Shown: positions 12,380-25,187 of the stretch, piece by piece
Numbering within the stretch: the first letter of the stretch is position 1
Layout of the letters: every line of letters starts with the position of its first letter
Assembly: GCF_004010195.1 (NCBI RefSeq)
Contig: NC_057759.1
Location: 1,285,212-1,349,211, forward strand
Direction of reading: 5' to 3'
Source: Chiloscyllium plagiosum
Taxonomy: Eukaryota
Length of the DNA: 64,000 nt
The notes under the pieces: model-generated
What the model was told of the DNA's origin: nothing
Database searches by the model: none
Seen by the model: only the letters and a program-made list of their open reading frames with translations
Translations under genes and position numbers: made by a program

Positions 12380-13700
12380 TGTAAAAGAAGATCAGTCACA
12401 TGGAACACGTTTTATGTAACAGAACATCTCAACATCCTTCAGGAGAGTTTGCAAAATAAACATTGGGCACTGACACATTGAATGGTATTCCCTTGAATGA
12501 CAAAGTTTGATTGCAGGACAAGTTTTGAACAAATATTAACAAGGAGAGAGGCAGACTGGTTGAGGGATGGAATATCAGAACGTCCTGCTCAGGCAAGGCT
12601 ATAATGGAGTAATGACAGTCAGAGATGCTAAAGTTGACAGAATGAGTGGAATGCAGCTATCTCAGTGAGGAAGTGCAGGTAACAGAGGCAGGGAGCAACA
12701 CAGCCCAATATGCAGATATCACAGAGTTACGGACTAGATATTACAATGATCAAGAGGGATTTTGCAATTTTTAACTGGAGCAAATTTCTGCTCATAGAAG
12801 CAGTAGCTTACTGGATTATTGGCAGACTATTAAACTGGGGATCTAGGTAATGTTTGGGGGATCTGGTTTTGATATCCACTATGACAGATGATGGAATTTG
12901 AATTCAATGAAAATCTGGAATTAAAAGACTAATGATGACCTGGTTGATTGTTGGAAAATCCCACTTGGTACACTGAAGTCCTTTAAAGGAAGGAAATCCT
13001 GTCCATACCCAGTCTGCTGTACGTGATTTGAGATCCACAGCAATGTGGTTGGCTCTTAACTGCCTTGGATGAGCGAGTGATGCCCACATCCTGTGACTCA
13101 ATAAATCAATAAAACATCCAGTGCTGTAGAATACACTGTCTGATAATTTAACAACAGTGGAATAACGGAGACATTGGGTAATGTCAGCGGATGTGTGAAA
13201 ACTAATGCCATGTCTTTGGATGAGCTCACCTCATGGTTTTGTGTGGTTGAGAATAGCAGGAGCTAGGGATAGGCTCCTCTCTTGGGGGTTACCAAGTTCG
13301 AGGTTTTTGGAAAGGAAAGGGAGTTTGGAAATGAGGCCACGTTGGTTTTTACTGGATGGATGATAATGGTGGAATTAAAGTGACAGGGACCTTACCAGAC
13401 AAGAGCAAGAACTGTTACCAATATCAGTGAATGGGAGGAGGTTGGATGCTTGACAATTGAGTGGGAAAATGGTCAAGAGACGAGAAGTTGGTTCTGATGG
13501 ACAAGAGGAGCTCCCAAGGTAGGAGAGGAGCTGGAGGAAGTTGAGTATTCAGGACTCTGACAAAGTGGAACTTCAGAGACAGTTTCAGGGAAAGGAGGGA
13601 CATGGAAGAGACAGCTGCTCAGATGATCTCAATCTGAATGACAAAGCAATTGCATGAGCTCCTTTATAAGATGGAGGAGAGAGAAAAGGAAACTTTTCAA
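12380..13700 (-). mobile_element. Old L2-like LINE fragments flanking a SINE
   Basis: Antisense L2-type RT segment (gaggtttttggaaaggaaagggagtttggaaatgaggcc); heavily decayed. Confidence 0.45.
12797..13114 (+). mobile_element. tRNA-headed SINE, SacSINE1-like (another copy at about 55970-56230)
   Basis: gatggaatttgaattcaatgaaaatctggaattaaaag...cctttaaaggaaggaaatc...gatgcccacatcctgtga...aataaa; tail matches the LINE tail at 420-860. Confidence 0.7.
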
Positions 13701-14612
13701 AAGCAAGTGCGAAGGACGTTAGAAAGTGTTAGCGAGCTGGGTGTTCACCACAAATTTGATATTTGACTTTTTTTAACACCTGTAACCAAGCTAGAATTTC
13801 CACACAGTCAATTGAGAAAGACTACAATGAATCAAATTGGATGCTGGATGTGATCAACAGCAAATTCCAACTCCTTCAGTTATGAAAGTTACTCTGGCAG
13901 TTATGTAGTTATCTTAGTGTTGTAATGCATGCCTGGTATCATATTACAGGGCTCCAGTAACAGATAATGATAGTGAATTGTGATAGATTAGCCGAATCAC
14001 CGGTACATAAGCTAATGCTGAAGACAGTGAGGTTGTAATGTGATAGGTTAAGTGTGATGGCGGGATCCAGTGTGGCAGACGGTGATTAGTTTAGAAAGGA
14101 AACGCAAGTCAGCATTATTGGTTATGCTAATGTTATCCTATTAGCGCGGGAAGAATAACTGTATAAGTTGCAGGAGAACAAAGAGCCTGTGGGGAGCCAG
14201 GGAAGACATTTAGCTGGCCTACACAGCTTTGATTTTGCAAGGTTAAAGTTTAATTTTGTGAAGGATTTTCTGTGTCTCCTGGTAATTTTTTATAAAACAT
14301 TGAGTGATTCTTCCATAACACAGAGGGAGATCACTTCAATGAGCACTTAGAAATTAGAAATAGGTTTGATACAGTGTTTGACACAAAGTGCATTTATTTC
14401 ACTGTCATCCAGAACAGTCATCCCTTTAACTGAGCTGGAGTTCATTAACTTCAGTAGAAACCTGCCCCAGTGGATATCATTCAGTTATCAATTACAAAAG
14501 TAATTAAGTTCTTTGACATAGCTCCATATCAGGTGGGAATTGAAACAAATTCTTCTGGCTGAGACTATGAAGCAGGGAGTTGTTCACAGTAAAAAAACCA
14601 GGCACGGTCATT

Positions 14613-15242
14613 TCTCATGAAAACGCTGGTGTTTCAGCAGCTTGGATTTCACAATGAATCTCTTCCCACAGTCAGTACAGCAGAACAGCCTCTAACTTCT
14701 GAGAGATCGCTGGTGTTTTAACAGGTTGGATTTATGAGAAAATCCTTTCCTGGCGTGTGAGCAGATGTATGGTCTCTCCCAGTGTGGATCCGCTGGTGTT
14801 TAATGAGGTTGGATGATGGCTTGATCCCACACCCACACCGAAAGCACATGAAGGGTCTCTCGTCACTGTGAGGATGTTGTTGGGATATCAGTGCCCCAGA
14901 GTTTTTAAAACACCTCCCACATTCTGCGCATTTCAAAGGTCTGTTCTGTGTGAACTTGCTCAGGTTTCAGCAAGGTGGATGATTGAGTGAATCCTTTCCC
15001 ACCCTTGGAACAGATGAATGGCCTTTCCCCAGTGTGGCTGTATTTATATCGTGACGGGCAGTGATCTGCTGAAGACTTTTCCACATGTACAACACACGTT
15101 TGGTTTCTCCCCCACTGCGAACGCTGCTTTTTTTACTTCAAAACCCAATGATATTCAGGCGGCAATAAACTCGGCAGCTTGGTCAGATTGGGAAGTGATG
15201 CCTGGTTTTAAGTCTCCTCATTGCAAATTGTCTTCTAATTCC
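14613..15242 (-). pseudogene. Decayed C2H2 (Kruppel-type) zinc-finger array exon
   Basis: KCAECGRCF...ERPFMCFRCG...SNLIKHQRIHTG; further fingers in shifted frames ([25 protein letters not shown]); frameshifts, stops and lost Cys/His; acceptor ttcacag at 15244-15243. Confidence 0.85.
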
Positions 15243-15309
15243 CTGTGAAGTTCAATGAAAACAAAAACCAAAACAAGTGAGAACCCAAAAACGAAGATGT
15301 TTTAAACCA

Positions 15310-16044
15310 TCAGATGTAAGAGCAGAAGAAGGTAACTCAACCCAGCAAGTCTGCTGTCACCATTCAGTGAAATCAGAGCTGATCCAATAATCCTCAGCTC
15401 TATTTTCCTGCCTTATGCCCTCACCCTTGAATCCCTTACTAATTAAAAATCTATTTATCTCAGCCTTGGACACACTGAGCAGCACAGCCTGCACAGGCCA
15501 TTGCAGTATTCTGTACTCTAACAGCAGGAATTCCTCCACATCCATTTTAAACAGGTGATTCCTTACTCTGAGATTATGTCCTCAACTCTCAAACAAGTAA
15601 TAACAATCTTCCTGAATCTACAAAGTCAAGCCCCTCAGAATCTTTCCATAAGGTCTTGTCTCATTCTTCTGAACTCCAATGAGTACAGAAGCAGTCTGCT
15701 CAAACTCATTTCCTGAGAAATTCCACCCATATCCAGGATCAATCTCCTGAATACTCTATGGACTGCCTTTCCCAAAACAAGGGACAAAAGCAACTCGCAG
15801 TATTCCAAGTGTGATCTGACTCATGTCTTGAACAGTTTTAGCAAAACTTCCATTTTTTTCTCCCCATTCCCTTTAAATAAAAGCCAACTGACCATTTCCT
15901 TTCCTGAATACCCACTGAACCTGGATGCTAGTTTTTCATCTTTCAAGCAGAAGGACCCAAAATTCTCTGTGCTGCAGTTTTCTGCAGAGGTTTTCCTTCG
16001 TTAAATAATATTCACCTCTCCTAGTCTTCCTGCCGAAATGCATA
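15310..16044 (-). mobile_element. CR1 3' fragment
   Basis: Antisense CR1 C-terminus (KAEINRFLISKGFKG). Confidence 0.75.
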
Positions 16045-16327
16045 TTAGATTAGATTCCCTACAGTGTGCAAACAGGCCATTCAGCCCAACCAGTCCACAC
16101 TGACCCTCTGAAGAGTAACCACCCAGACCCATTTCCCTGACGAATGCACCTAACACTACGGGCAATTTACCATGGCCAATTCACCTGACCTGCACATCTT
16201 TGGACTGTGGGAGAAAACCAGAGCACAATGTGCAAAATCCACACAGACAGTGACCCGAGGCTGGAATCGAACTTGGGACCCTGGTGCTGTGAGGCAGCAG
16301 TGCTAACCACTGATTTACCGTGCCGCC
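16045..16327 (-). mobile_element. HE1-type V-SINE with internal deletions
   Basis: ttagattagattccctacagtgtg...cacatctttggactgtggg...gctgtgaggcagcagtgctaaccact. Confidence 0.9.
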
Positions 16328-16779
16328 TGATATATTTTCCCACGTTATACTCCACAGTGCTGGAAGGAGAATGAGAGGGGTTTTATCGACCAATTGCTCA
16401 ACCATACCTTGAGCATAACCTCCCAAAACAGCTACTAACCCCATCACGAAGGACCGCAAGGCAGGCGTTTGTGACCAACACTCCCTTGAAGCTCCCTCCA
16501 ACTCCTACAACGTCCCAACATCCAGTGCTGAATGAATAGAAACTTTCTCCAATTTAATCAAGAACGTGAGAGCAGAGTCTTTCGAGGGAGATGTGAGGAA
16601 TGACTTCAATATGAAAAGGGTGGAAAAGGTTGTTAGTTTCCAATCTGAGACAGATAAACTTTTGTTCAATAAAGGTATTCAGGGATAAGGGGCCAAAGGC
16701 TGAACTCCACACAGCAGCCATGGAGTTCATTCAAGAGTGGAACAGCTGAAAGGCCTACTCCTGATCCTTTGTTCACTGA

Positions 16780-17345
16780 AGACTGCTGGCTTCAGTCCCT
16801 GTTACAAAACTTCTTAACTCCACCTGCATCGCTCCCTCTGGTAACTGTCTGAACTAGTCTCTTTACAACATTAACAGAATATCGCATTTGGAGATTAGCT
16901 TTGAACCACAAACCCACATCCTCACTGTGACATTCTATTTCAATTTCAGTAACGTAGCCTGACTCCAACACAGTCTCAGCTCCAGGTGCTGAAATCTCAT
17001 CCAGTCCTTTGTAACCGCAAGACTGAATGACCCTAACACACTGCTGATCCACCTCCCACTTTCAACCTCTCTGTAATCTTCAGCTCATCCAACACCCTGC
17101 TGCCCATGTGCACACTCACTGAGTTTTGTTCTCCTCACCCTGAGCTCATTGACCTGAAGAGGTCGCAAATTGAGGAAAAGCAACATTTTAACAAATTTCT
17201 TGTTCTTTTTAAATCACTCTATGACAGTGATCATTCCCACATCTAATCTCTGCCAGCCACACAGTCTTTCAAGATATCTGCACTTACTTAATTTTGGCCT
17301 CTTGAGCATGGTCAATTAATCTCCCCAAACAACAGTGGATGTCTT
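16780..17345 (+). mobile_element. L2-like LINE 3' fragment
   Basis: cttcagctcatccaacaccctgctgcccatgtgc...tcaccctgagctcattgacct (LQLIQN.AAR..HITPVL-like). Confidence 0.55.
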
Positions 17346-17389
17346 TCAGTATGAAATGTTTCAAAAATCAAATTAAGCACCAAGTCATT

Positions 17390-18714
17390 AAAATGGAGGG
17401 GCCAGAGCAGGCGAGGTCTTAACTGCATGATGTCAGAGCTTGTGGACCCCATAGTGGTTCATAGCTACTACAATCATAAATGTTGGTTGAGGGATTCCAG
17501 TTCAGATCGTTGAGCTGAAGTCTGAGCTCCGAACATTGCCATATATCAGGGAGGGGCAGGAGTTACCTGGATGCTCTGTTTCAGGAGGCAGTCACACCCC
17601 TTGGATTAACTACCTCAAATTGATCAGTGGTCAAGGATAGAAGGGTGTGACAATGAGTGAGGCAGGTAGACGAAACCAGAGTGTAGTGCTGAATGAGCCT
17701 CAGCCCTTCAGCTTGTCAAACAGGTTTGAGATTCTTGCTCCCTGTGTGGATAAGTGTGGGGTCTGTCGGGAGGATGAGCAAACTGACCAATGCACTGTGG
17801 GAGAGGGAGCCATTCAAGAGGAAGGAGAAAAGAGAAATGCAAGTGTAATCGGAAACCGTGTAGTCAGGGGAATAGTCAGTGTAGTCAGACTCTTCCCTGT
17901 TGCCAGAATCGAGAGTCCCGAAGGCAGATTTGCCTGCCTGGTGCCTGGCTTCACGAAAGGCACCTGGGTTGCAGAGGAACGATCCAGTTGTCGATATAAA
18001 CAAATAGAGAGAAGAAGTTCTGCTGAAGGAATATGTGCAGCTCAGGGATAAATTAAAAAAAAAATCAAAGGTAATAATCTCTAGATTACTACCTGAGCCA
18101 TAAAGTCAGCAAGATTATAACAGTAAGATGTGTGTGGCTGAGAGATTGGTGTGGGACAAACAGGAGGTTTGAATTCACTGGACACTGGAGTCAGTACTGG
18201 GGGAGGATGGAACTGTTCTGATGGGACAGGCTACACGTGAATGACGCTGGGATCGGAGTCCTGGAGAATTGTATAACCAGGGCCTATATATTGGACTTTA
18301 AATTTAAACATGGGGATTGTTTTTCAGCTGCATGCAAAATTATGGAGAAGTCAAAATGGGGAAGTGCTCAGCACAGGTTAAAGCTTTCACAACATGTTGC
18401 AAGACAGAAAGTATGGAAAGGATCAGGAATCTAACTTTAAGCACAGCAGATAAGGAGACAAATATGAGAAGAGGGAAAATTAACACAGGGCTGAGGGACT
18501 TGTAACTAAATACACATGGTCTACAGAACAAGGTAAATCAGCTGCTACGCCAGAGTAAACTTGGCATTCACAATGTTGTAGGTATCAGAGAAAAGGCTGC
18601 AGGGGGTTCAGGACTGGTAACTAATTATCCAAACTATCGAAAAGGCAATGGCAGAGTCAGAGGGGTTGCCTTGTTTGCAAGAAATAAAATAAAATTGACA
18701 GCAAGAAGCGAAAT
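17390..18714 (+). mobile_element. CR1 LINE 5' part: ORF1 (esterase-like) and start of ORF2 endonuclease, degenerate
   Basis: LSNRFEIL...VIGNRVVRGI resembles CR1 ORF1 LSNRFxxL...VIGDSIVRG; decayed endonuclease start (ttgtaactaaatacacatggtctacagaacaag) and ggggttgccttg (GVAL); runs into the gap. Confidence 0.75.
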
Positions 18715-19677
18715 NNNNNNNNNNNNNNNNNNNNNNNNNNNNNNNNNNNNNNNNNNNNNNNNNNNNNNNNNNNNNNNNNNNNNNNNNNNNNNNNNNNNNN
18801 NNNNNNNNNNNNNNNNNNNNNNNNNNNNNNNNNNNNNNNNNNNNNNNNNNNNNNNNNNNNNNNNNNNNNNNNNNNNNNNNNNNNNNNNNNNNNNNNNNNN
18901 NNNNNNNNNNNNNNNNNNNNNNNNNNNNNNNNNNNNNNNNNNNNNNNNNNNNNNNNNNNNNNNNNNNNNNNNNNNNNNNNNNNNNNNNNNNNNNNNNNNN
19001 NNNNNNNNNNNNNNNNNNNNNNNNNNNNNNNNNNNNNNNNNNNNNNNNNNNNNNNNNNNNNNNNNNNNNNNNNNNNNNNNNNNNNNNNNNNNNNNNNNNN
19101 NNNNNNNNNNNNNNNNNNNNNNNNNNNNNNNNNNNNNNNNNNNNNNNNNNNNNNNNNNNNNNNNNNNNNNNNNNNNNNNNNNNNNNNNNNNNNNNNNNNN
19201 NNNNNNNNNNNNNNGGAGAGAGAAAGAGAGGGGGACGGATCTGGTTGAGTGGAGACGGGGGAACGGGGTAGAGAGGTGAATTCTGCTGAAAGCGAGGTCA
19301 GAGCGGGGGACCCAGAGGAGAAAGCGAGGAGACAGTGACTTGAACCAAACTCCTGGGCTCGGGCCCGATCACCTCCACTTTCGTGTGGACCAGGACATGG
19401 GGCTGAGCGTATCTATCTCCTGCTCAGCTTTCTCAACACAAAAACAAACAGCAGTATCGTTCAGTCTCTGTTTTGCAATTTATAATTAACAGTTTTAATG
19501 TTTACAAATGGAAGTGAGTGGGATGGTGACTTTTCTCACTGGCCCCTGAGTTGAAAGGCATATTGAAATCTGTTCTAACTCCATGTAGGATAAGGTTGGA
19601 CAAACTAACGCGACCCTCAGTCTGGTGACTCATTGCTGAAACACTGAACTGATATGAGAAAATCTCGGATGGATTGA

Positions 19678-20585
19678 TTAATGAGTGAATTTGGTTGACT
19701 GATAAATTGGGGTCGAGGGACATTTCAGCACATTCTTCAGTTGCTGTCTGAACTTCGTCTGGGTAATGCCATAAATCGTGGTGTTTGTGCAGCAACGGAG
19801 GAGCTGCAGCATGAAGCCTAATTCCCGCACAAAGGCATGTAGAAACACACCGGTATTCACAATATATGACATCCGTCTCCATAGTGAAAACGCCATTAAC
19901 GTTGACCATAACAGGATGAAATTGGCCGAGATCACAATCAGTAAAATGTTGGATTTTTTTCGATTTCTCATTTCTGTGTCAGACTGAGCGTCCCCATTTT
20001 TATGGGCCCGGACTCTCCTGCGTGCTCTGCTGGTCACTAAAATGTGTCTGACGGTGAAAAGATTGAGCAGCAGAATCAGGAGAAATGGGAGAGGCGGTGT
20101 TAGAATGTTATGGAGGAACCCAATTGTGAGCCAGGCACGGGAGAAAAGAACATCGATTGTTACCAAACAAAACCAGGGCACGTTCCCCAGCCAATACCGT
20201 GCTTTGAGCATAAACTACCAGAAAGTGTTCTTTGAACAGCTCAGCACAATCACTGTTCCCAAAACCACAGTCGCCGTTTTCTCACTGCAATATTTACTTT
20301 TCAGCTTCTGGAGACAAATGGCCACAAATTGATCAAAGGTCAAAGTGACTGTGAACCAGACAGAACAGTCAGTGGCTGCATAAAGCAGGACGGCGTGGAT
20401 ATTACACAGGTGGATTGACTCCAGGAAATAAAACTGCTCCTTATAAACAATGGGAATGTGTCTCAATATCAGGTCGAGGATAATGACCAGTAGGTCCGCT
20501 ATTGCCATAGCTCCCAGGTAACGTCTGACACATGGAGACAATCCACAATCTTTAGAAAGCAGGACATATACCGTCACTACGTTAA
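19678..20585 (-). pseudogene. GPR139/GPR142-like class A GPCR, exon 2 (end of TM1 to TM7), with an in-frame stop
   Basis: YLGAMAIADLL (TM2), DCSVWFTVTLTFDQFVAIC (TM3), ILTPPLPF (TM5), CCTNTTIY..TQTKFR (TM7/H8). The two ORFs are in one frame, separated by TGG TAG TTT at 20217-20215. Acceptor tttccttcctcacag|TTAAC, phase 1. Confidence 0.9.
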
Positions 20586-21145
20586 CTGTGAGGAAGGAAA
20601 ACAAACAAATTATGCATCAGCCTGGAGGCAAAGTTACCAGTTTAATTTAGGATCCAGTGAGAATCACAACTGTACCACACTATGCAGAGATTTTTTAAAA
20701 TAGTTGAAGATGAAATAACATGCAGGAAGGTCTGAATTAATGACAAAAATGTGTCATAAAACATAAGAAATTCTCCCTCCCCAAACACACAGAAATACAT
20801 CCATAAGAACAGATGGTTTCTTGGAACATTTTCACTAACTCATTCACTCGAGAGCAGACACAGGTCAGTTCTTTACAGTTCCCAATACGGATTGTGAAAA
20901 CGTTGCTAGCCCGAAGTATTCTCCCCCAATTCCTTGAAGACAAATCGAGGTTGGAGACTTCTGTCTTTTAGTATAAATTATGGTAGATCCTCTGTTATGA
21001 AGAAATGTAACGAAAGGGAAAAGCATTCACTGATTTAAATGCCTGAGGGACGTCGGAAGAGTGTCTCCTTCTCCCTGGAATTGGACCTGTTCCATCTTTT
21101 GTTCAATTCATTGACGTCCAGTCACTCATAAATAATGACACTGAC

Positions 21146-21359
21146 AGAACGTTCCAGAGAACGTCGGATCTAGAATCTTCCGGAAACGTCAGTTATAAAA
21201 TGTTCTGAAGAATGTCGGTTGTAGAATGTTCTGGGGAAAAGCAGGTACAGAATATTCTGGGGAATGTCGGCTGTAGGGTGGTCTAGAGAATGTTGGTTAT
21301 AGAATGTTCCAGATAATGTCGGGTGCAGAATTTTCTGCAGAATGTCGGCTATGGAATGT
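21146..21359. repeat. Minisatellite, about 8 x 26 bp (13-bp subunits)
   Basis: Consensus AGAATGTTCCAGAGAATGTCGGCTGT, diverged copies. Confidence 0.85.
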
Positions 21360-21749
21360 GATAGTGTCATAAAGACCCACATCACAAAGGCCATTCTGTG
21401 CATCAAGTTTGTTGGGACACACTTAGCCTCACGGTCGGAATATCTCCCCAAACGCACCTCATATGACACTTTGCAACAAGAAAATACGATTAAGACAATA
21501 TCTCAATCATTTGATGTAAGACCCTCTTATCAAATCATACAGATACCAACACTTATTTTGAGATCTCCCCAATTCCTTTTCGTTTTTGGATAACACTCCC
21601 AAATATAAATATTCTGAATATTCAGCTCCCAGTATCGGTCACCCTGTCGCCGTCTCTCTCTAATGCCATTAAAGCACATAAATTTCCCTCAGTGTATGCA
21701 GTGAATTTCTCAATCTGTTTTAAGAATATAACACTGTTTTTCATTCAGC

Positions 21750-22565
21750 TCTTTAACCCATTATTCCTTGCTCCATTGCTACATGTATTCCTCATGTTGA
21801 TGGGTCAGAAAACAGTCTGACTTCATCATACTCACAGAATCAGACTTGATCGGTAATGTTTCATGAAACTCCATCAACATCCCTGCGTATATACACTCCT
21901 ACCTGCAGAACAGACCCACTATTAGTGGAGAGACCATGGAATAGTCAGGAAAGGAGTTACCCTAGAATCCTGGAAATCCCATCGCAACAGGTAAAGTGTG
22001 GTCAAGGAACTCTCCTGAGTGAGGACATCTACTGCCCTCTACACCAACTGTGGATGATAACTCAGTTCCCCTCGACTTTGAAAATAAATCAGAGGAAGCG
22101 CTGAGGATGACAAGAACACAGAGAGCACTCTGTGTGTGACTTCACTGTCCTTTATCAAGAGTGTCTCCACAGGCTCATCACTGATGGAACAGGGCGAAGC
22201 CTCAAATACAAAGCAGCCAGACGGTGGGAAGTGAATGAGGAACCAATAAGATGGAAGCATTGTCACCAAATTACTTGTCTCAGAAGCATCTGCCCCTAAC
22301 AGTATCTGATGAAGCACCAAGCAGACAGTCCTGGAGGCGGAACGTCTGAGCATCATGTTGAAGATGCTGTCCGCTGTGTTATGTGGAACTACCTCCTGTG
22401 AAGTCGGACATACTTCTAAAGTACCAAACAAATGGAAACCGGACATCCATTAGGGACTATGAGCCATCAGCTGTTGTAGCATCAATGGCTTTCCCTCGAT
22501 CATAAAATCAGAAGTGGGTTGTTCACTGATGATTCGAAAATGTTCAGCACCATTCACAACTACAC
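21750..22565 (+). mobile_element. Degenerate CR1/L2-group LINE fragments (endonuclease and RT)
   Basis: Decayed endonuclease motifs and gttcactgatgattcgaaaatgttcagcaccatt (FADD-like). Confidence 0.5.
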
Positions 22566-23606
22566 CTAAAGCAGGCTGTTGAGCCCAGTAAGAGTTTTAA
22601 ACAGCAACAGAATAAGGCCGTTCAGCAATTCGAGGCCGAATTGAAGCAGAACTTTTAATCGCTCATGCCTGTTACACAGGAAATGGAACATAATATTCAG
22701 CCTTTCAAAGCTGCTGCGCAGGAATACGAGGAGGACTGGTTACTGAACTGGAAACGGGGTAAATTAGCTTCTATCAGATTAACAGAAATTAACGACTTCA
22801 GTGACAGAGTGGTCAGCACTGGCTCCTCAGCTATTTGCAAATTGTGTCAATGATTTAGATGAAGGGTGCAAATGCATTCTAACTAAAATTGCCAATCACC
22901 TTAACATAGACAGGAAACTAAGTTATCAAGAGGAGGTGAAAAGTCTATAAATGGATAAGCATAGGGCAACAATTTGACAGATGTAATTTAATATAGGTAA
23001 CTGTGAATCTGTGAATTCTTCAGGAATAATAAAATGCTGTATATTACATAAATGGAGAAAAAATACTTAGTGGTGACCGTGTGTACTGGAGGGTTCATTC
23101 TGACCCGTTCTGACATCGGAAGTGTTGCTCCCGATGGCCTGTCCCCTGATGTTCCCAGTGGTCCCATTGCTCTCAGTACACATGGAATAATTTGATGTGT
23201 TTCGTTACGAGTGGGGAATGATGAATGTGAGAGTGTTTTGAGCCCTGTATAAGGGGGACAGCCTTTATCCGAGAGATCATCCTTTCTTTCTATGTGGAGA
23301 CCCAAAGATGATGGGAATGGATTTCTGCTTCTGAATGAAGAAGTTGTCGCTGTTACCAGGACAGTGGGTATTCACCAATATGATGTACTGTGCATAGTCA
23401 GACCGCAATATTCATGGAATCAGAGACAAGCGGATTACTCACAGCAATCAGAATATAAAATAAAGGCATTGCGAGATCTGCTGAAATGTGTAGTTATATC
23501 ACATTCTCAATCCATCTCATTGAGCCAGTTCAGACACGATAAACCCAGAGGAGATATCTGTTCAGCACGGAGCACTGTGTAGACCAAGCTCTGCTCGCTT
23601 CAACCC

Positions 23607-24040
23607 AGCAATCTGCTGAGTATGGAAAACTGTGCCGACCACAATGTGCATTGATCTATAAACTCAAATTAGATATCCGTCCAGCACCGTGAACTATGCA
23701 GACCACAGCAGGCCATTGATCTATAAAGCTGGATTTGATATCTGTCCATGACAGAAAGCTATGCAGACCAAGACATTGCATTGATCTATAAACCAGGACG
23801 AGATATCTGTCCAAAACCGGGAGATATGCCGACCACAACAGCACATTGATCTATAGACCAAGACTCGATATCTGTCCAGCAGAGGAAACTATGCAGATGA
23901 CAGCGGCCCATTGATTTATAAACCCGGATTATATATCTATCCAGCACAGGGATCTATGTCAACCACAGCATTGCATTGAGCTATAAACTCAGTCCAGATA
24001 TCTGTCCAGCATCGGGAACTATGCAGACCACAGCAGTACA
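23607..24040. repeat. Minisatellite, about 6.5 x 65 bp
   Basis: Units start at about 23672, 23737, 23802, 23867, 23932 and 23997; consensus GATATCTGTCCAGCACCGGGAACTATGCAGACCACAGCA..CATTGATCTATAAACC. Confidence 0.9.
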
Positions 24041-24538
24041 GTTGTATCCAGGTTTCTCTGAGTGAAACATCCTGGAAGAGGTTGAGATAAATTTTCTGGC
24101 ACTTCTTCTAATTTTCATTGTTTTTGGATGTACGCTTCCAAATTATCGTGATAATGGATTGTAAAGCCCTAAACTAAACTCAATGGCAGCATACGGGCCA
24201 GCAATGGACAAATTCATCTCATTTTGTTAATATTTCAGTGCCAGCTTTGCAAGGAATCGGAAAACACTGCTCTGAGTCTCCAAAGTCAATCTTTGAAGAA
24301 GCAAACAGCCTTGAAGTGTCCCCAAGATGGCGGCAGAGTCGGAATATTCCAGCTGAAGCTACTCTGCTCCACCCCCATTTCATTCATTTTCTGCTTTTTT
24401 GTCTCTTTTCTGGAAAGTTCTTTTTTTTTTCAAACCTTTAAAATTTTTAAGTTTGTTTGACGTGAATGGACTAGGGGAGTCCAAGACCGAAGGCTTGCGT
24501 GGGTCCTCGAGTCGTGAAATGTTCTGGGTCAGGTGCGA

Positions 24539-24728
24539 TCTGGAGACTGGGACAGGTGCATTCTGGAGTCTCGGCCTGTTGTGGTCTGGACTTTCAGCGC
24601 AGTACAGTCTGGAGACGGGCCTGGCGCGGTCTGGACACTGGGCCTATTGCAGTCTGGAGTGTGGGCTGATTGCAGGCTGGAGACTGGGCCCAGTACGGTC
24701 TGGAGATTTTGTGCTCGCACAGACTGGG
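24539..24728. repeat. Minisatellite, about 8 x 23 bp
   Basis: Consensus TCTGGAGACTGGGCCTGTTGCAG. Confidence 0.85.
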
Positions 24729-24841
24729 TTATAATGACTGCAAATCGAGTCTTTACGTCTTTGATTTTTTATTCATGCACTGGACTTCTATTTATTATTG
24801 TTTCAAATTTGTACAAAATGTTTAAGTATCTGTATCTAAAT

Positions 24842-25187
24842 ATAGAATCCCTACAGTATGGAAACAATACACGTGGCCCAGCAAGACCACACCGACTCTC
24901 CAAAAAGTAATCCACCCAGACCCATGCCCCATGCCTAATACTTCACATTTTCCATTACTAATGCAGCTAACGTACACATCCCTGAACACTATGGGCAATT
25001 TAGCTTTGTCAATTGATCTATCCTGCACATGTTTAGATTCTGGGACAAAACCGAAACACCCACAGAAACCTACGCAGACATGGGGCGAATATTCAAACTC
25101 CAGCGAACTGTCGCCCAAGGCTTGAATTGAACCCAGCTTCCTGGCACTCTGAGGCAACAGTGGTAAACACTGAGCCACCACGCTGAC
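24842..25187 (-). mobile_element. HE1-type V-SINE (old)
   Basis: atagaatccctacagt...actatgggcaatttagc...ctgaggcaacagtggtaaacactgagccacc. Confidence 0.85.

Noticed and set aside
19215..19440. GC-rich stretch as the promoter of the ZNF pseudogene
   Set aside because: It abuts a 500-N gap and shows no clear motif or donor that I can support.
20215..20217. Stop-codon readthrough or recoding of the GPCR TAG
   Set aside because: No supportive readthrough context (TAG TTT), and the independent DRF to DQF change favours pseudogenisation.
22988..23582. ORFs in non-repetitive intronic sequence
   Set aside because: No recognisable domain or convincing splice structure; the resemblance of KGCPP to the L1 QGCPLS motif is too weak.
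23607..24040. CRISPR-like appearance of the regularly spaced repeats (also at 21146 and 24539)
   Set aside because: Whole units are homologous with no unique spacers, there are no cas genes, and the context is vertebrate.
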